A stretch of DNA of 63,673 nt, filler included, from Phoronis australis (lineage: Eukaryota; Animalia; Phoronida), in NCBI GenBank assembly GCA_002633005.1. It is 3 parts of 3 records of this genome, joined end to end, with 100 filler letters (N's around TTAATTAATTAA, not from the genome) between each part and the next. Parts side by side here need not be neighbours in the genome. Positions count along the whole stretch, not along the records: positions 58,295 to 63,673 come from NMRA01002347.1; 2 more parts are not named here. The stretch is one strand, 5' to 3'. A program made the translations under genes and the position numbers. Position 1 is the stretch's first letter, and each line of letters starts with the position of its first letter. Positions 62,436 through 63,673 of this stretch are shown here, one piece after another. The notes under the pieces were generated by a model. The model worked only from the letters and a program-made list of their open reading frames with translations, was not told the DNA's origin and did not search any database.

Positions 62436-63334
62436 TAGGCAATGACCATCGCCTCTGTTGCCCGAAGCAGAGGCGATGTAGAGGCTATAGGCGCTCTGTA
62501 CGCCGGAAGCTTTTCGGCGAATTATGCCTCGCACCGACTAAACCATCAAAGTCACGTTGTTACAAATACCTTTTGCGCATAGAGGAACACCTTAGGAGGT
62601 TGTCGATGTGTTTAATTCCTTCCAACTCGAACAATACTCCCGTTATGAAACTTTTTCTTCGAGCAGTCCCTATTTCAGTTCCCAAAATCGTGAACTCAAC
62701 TTTTTTATACTGCGCACGCTCCAATTCATGACCTCAATCTTTAAATAGGCCAAAGGTGAGCCATTGCGGTCTTGGCAGTCAAATGTTCGTTTCCAAAATG
62801 CCACCACTTATACTTGTCTTTAATTGGCGTTACTTGAAACTAATTGTATTTTCAATGAATCATTGTTTGTATTTGATAAAAACAAATGCTGTTGATATGA
62901 CATTTAATAGTCTTTTTGCACATATTTGACATTTTAATGTTTAACAACACGGCAAATGCACGGCTGGTTCCCGGCAGCACGTACGCGAAGGGCGGGAACT
63001 TCAGCTTTCAAAGTTCGCCGGTAGGTCCGCAACTTCTGACCTTCGGCCTGGTTAAAAAAATGAAAAAATTGAGTTCACGATTTTGGGAACTGAAATAGGG
63101 ACTGCTCGAAGAAAAAGTTTCATAACGGGAGTATTTGTTCGAGTTGGAAGGAATTAAACACATCGACAACCTCCTAAGGTGTTCCTCTATGCGCAAAAGG
63201 TATTTGTAACAACGTGACTTTGATGGTTTAGTCGGTGCGAGGCATAATTCGCCGAAAAGCTTCCGGCGTACAGAGCGCCTATAGCCTCTACATCGCCTCT
63301 GCTTCGGGCCAACAGAGGCGATGGTCATTGCCTA
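62436..63334. mobile_element. 899-bp non-autonomous foldback element, TAG termini, 9-bp TSD (AcademH-like or Mutator-like)
   Basis: ~270-bp near-identical inverted arms (62436-62705 / 63063-63334). GCCAAGCAG duplicated at 62427-62435 and 63335-63343. Confidence 0.88.
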
Positions 63335-63673
63335 GCCAAGCAGGATCCTGGGACAGAAGACAGTGACCGCCGTCTCTAGTCTAGCTGGCATATTACATGG
63401 CCCTGGATGCCGCAGGCATACAGGGGCGATAGTACATCCCCACAAAAAATTACGAATTTCAAAGTACAGGAAATAAAATCAAACGAAACATGCGTAAGCC
63501 GTAATATGCGGGTCGGAGCAGTTATAATTAACATGTGTTCTGAAGATGATCACAATATAATTTGAACAAATCGATGAAAATGTGTCGTGGTTTGCTCAAG
63601 TTTCTCTTACCGGTTGCCATTTTGGGGAAATTACATGAAATTACCGTCACATGTTAACAAATAAGTCCAAGGG

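Overview
AT-rich, intron- and repeat-rich animal (invertebrate-type) genomic DNA, not prokaryotic. It is made of three segments joined by artificial 100-nt spacers (44N-TTAATTAATTAA-44N at 29653-29752 and 58195-58294), so adjacency across them is unproven. Segment 1 holds the last five coding exons of a minus-strand Gyc-88E-like soluble guanylyl cyclase. Its 11.5-kb last intron contains an internally deleted Kolobok transposon (TTAA target duplication, THAP/H2CH transposase remnant, convergent KolX/P2X7-ballast-like gene), a foldback MITE and a LINE fragment. Segment 2 holds the most interesting gene: a two-exon, ~1197-aa protein fusing a stonustoxin-type MACPF-like N-terminus, a Cys-rich module, an AIG1/septin-like P-loop GTPase, a second Cys/His module and a coiled coil. 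It is followed by a frameshifted tandem paralog and preceded by a third relic of the same duplicated unit. The rest is a dense mix of hAT, HERO-like non-LTR, Academ, Crypton, TTAA-specific (Sola3-like) and Helentron-type relics plus minisatellites. All family assignments come from motif recognition by eye; no searches were run.
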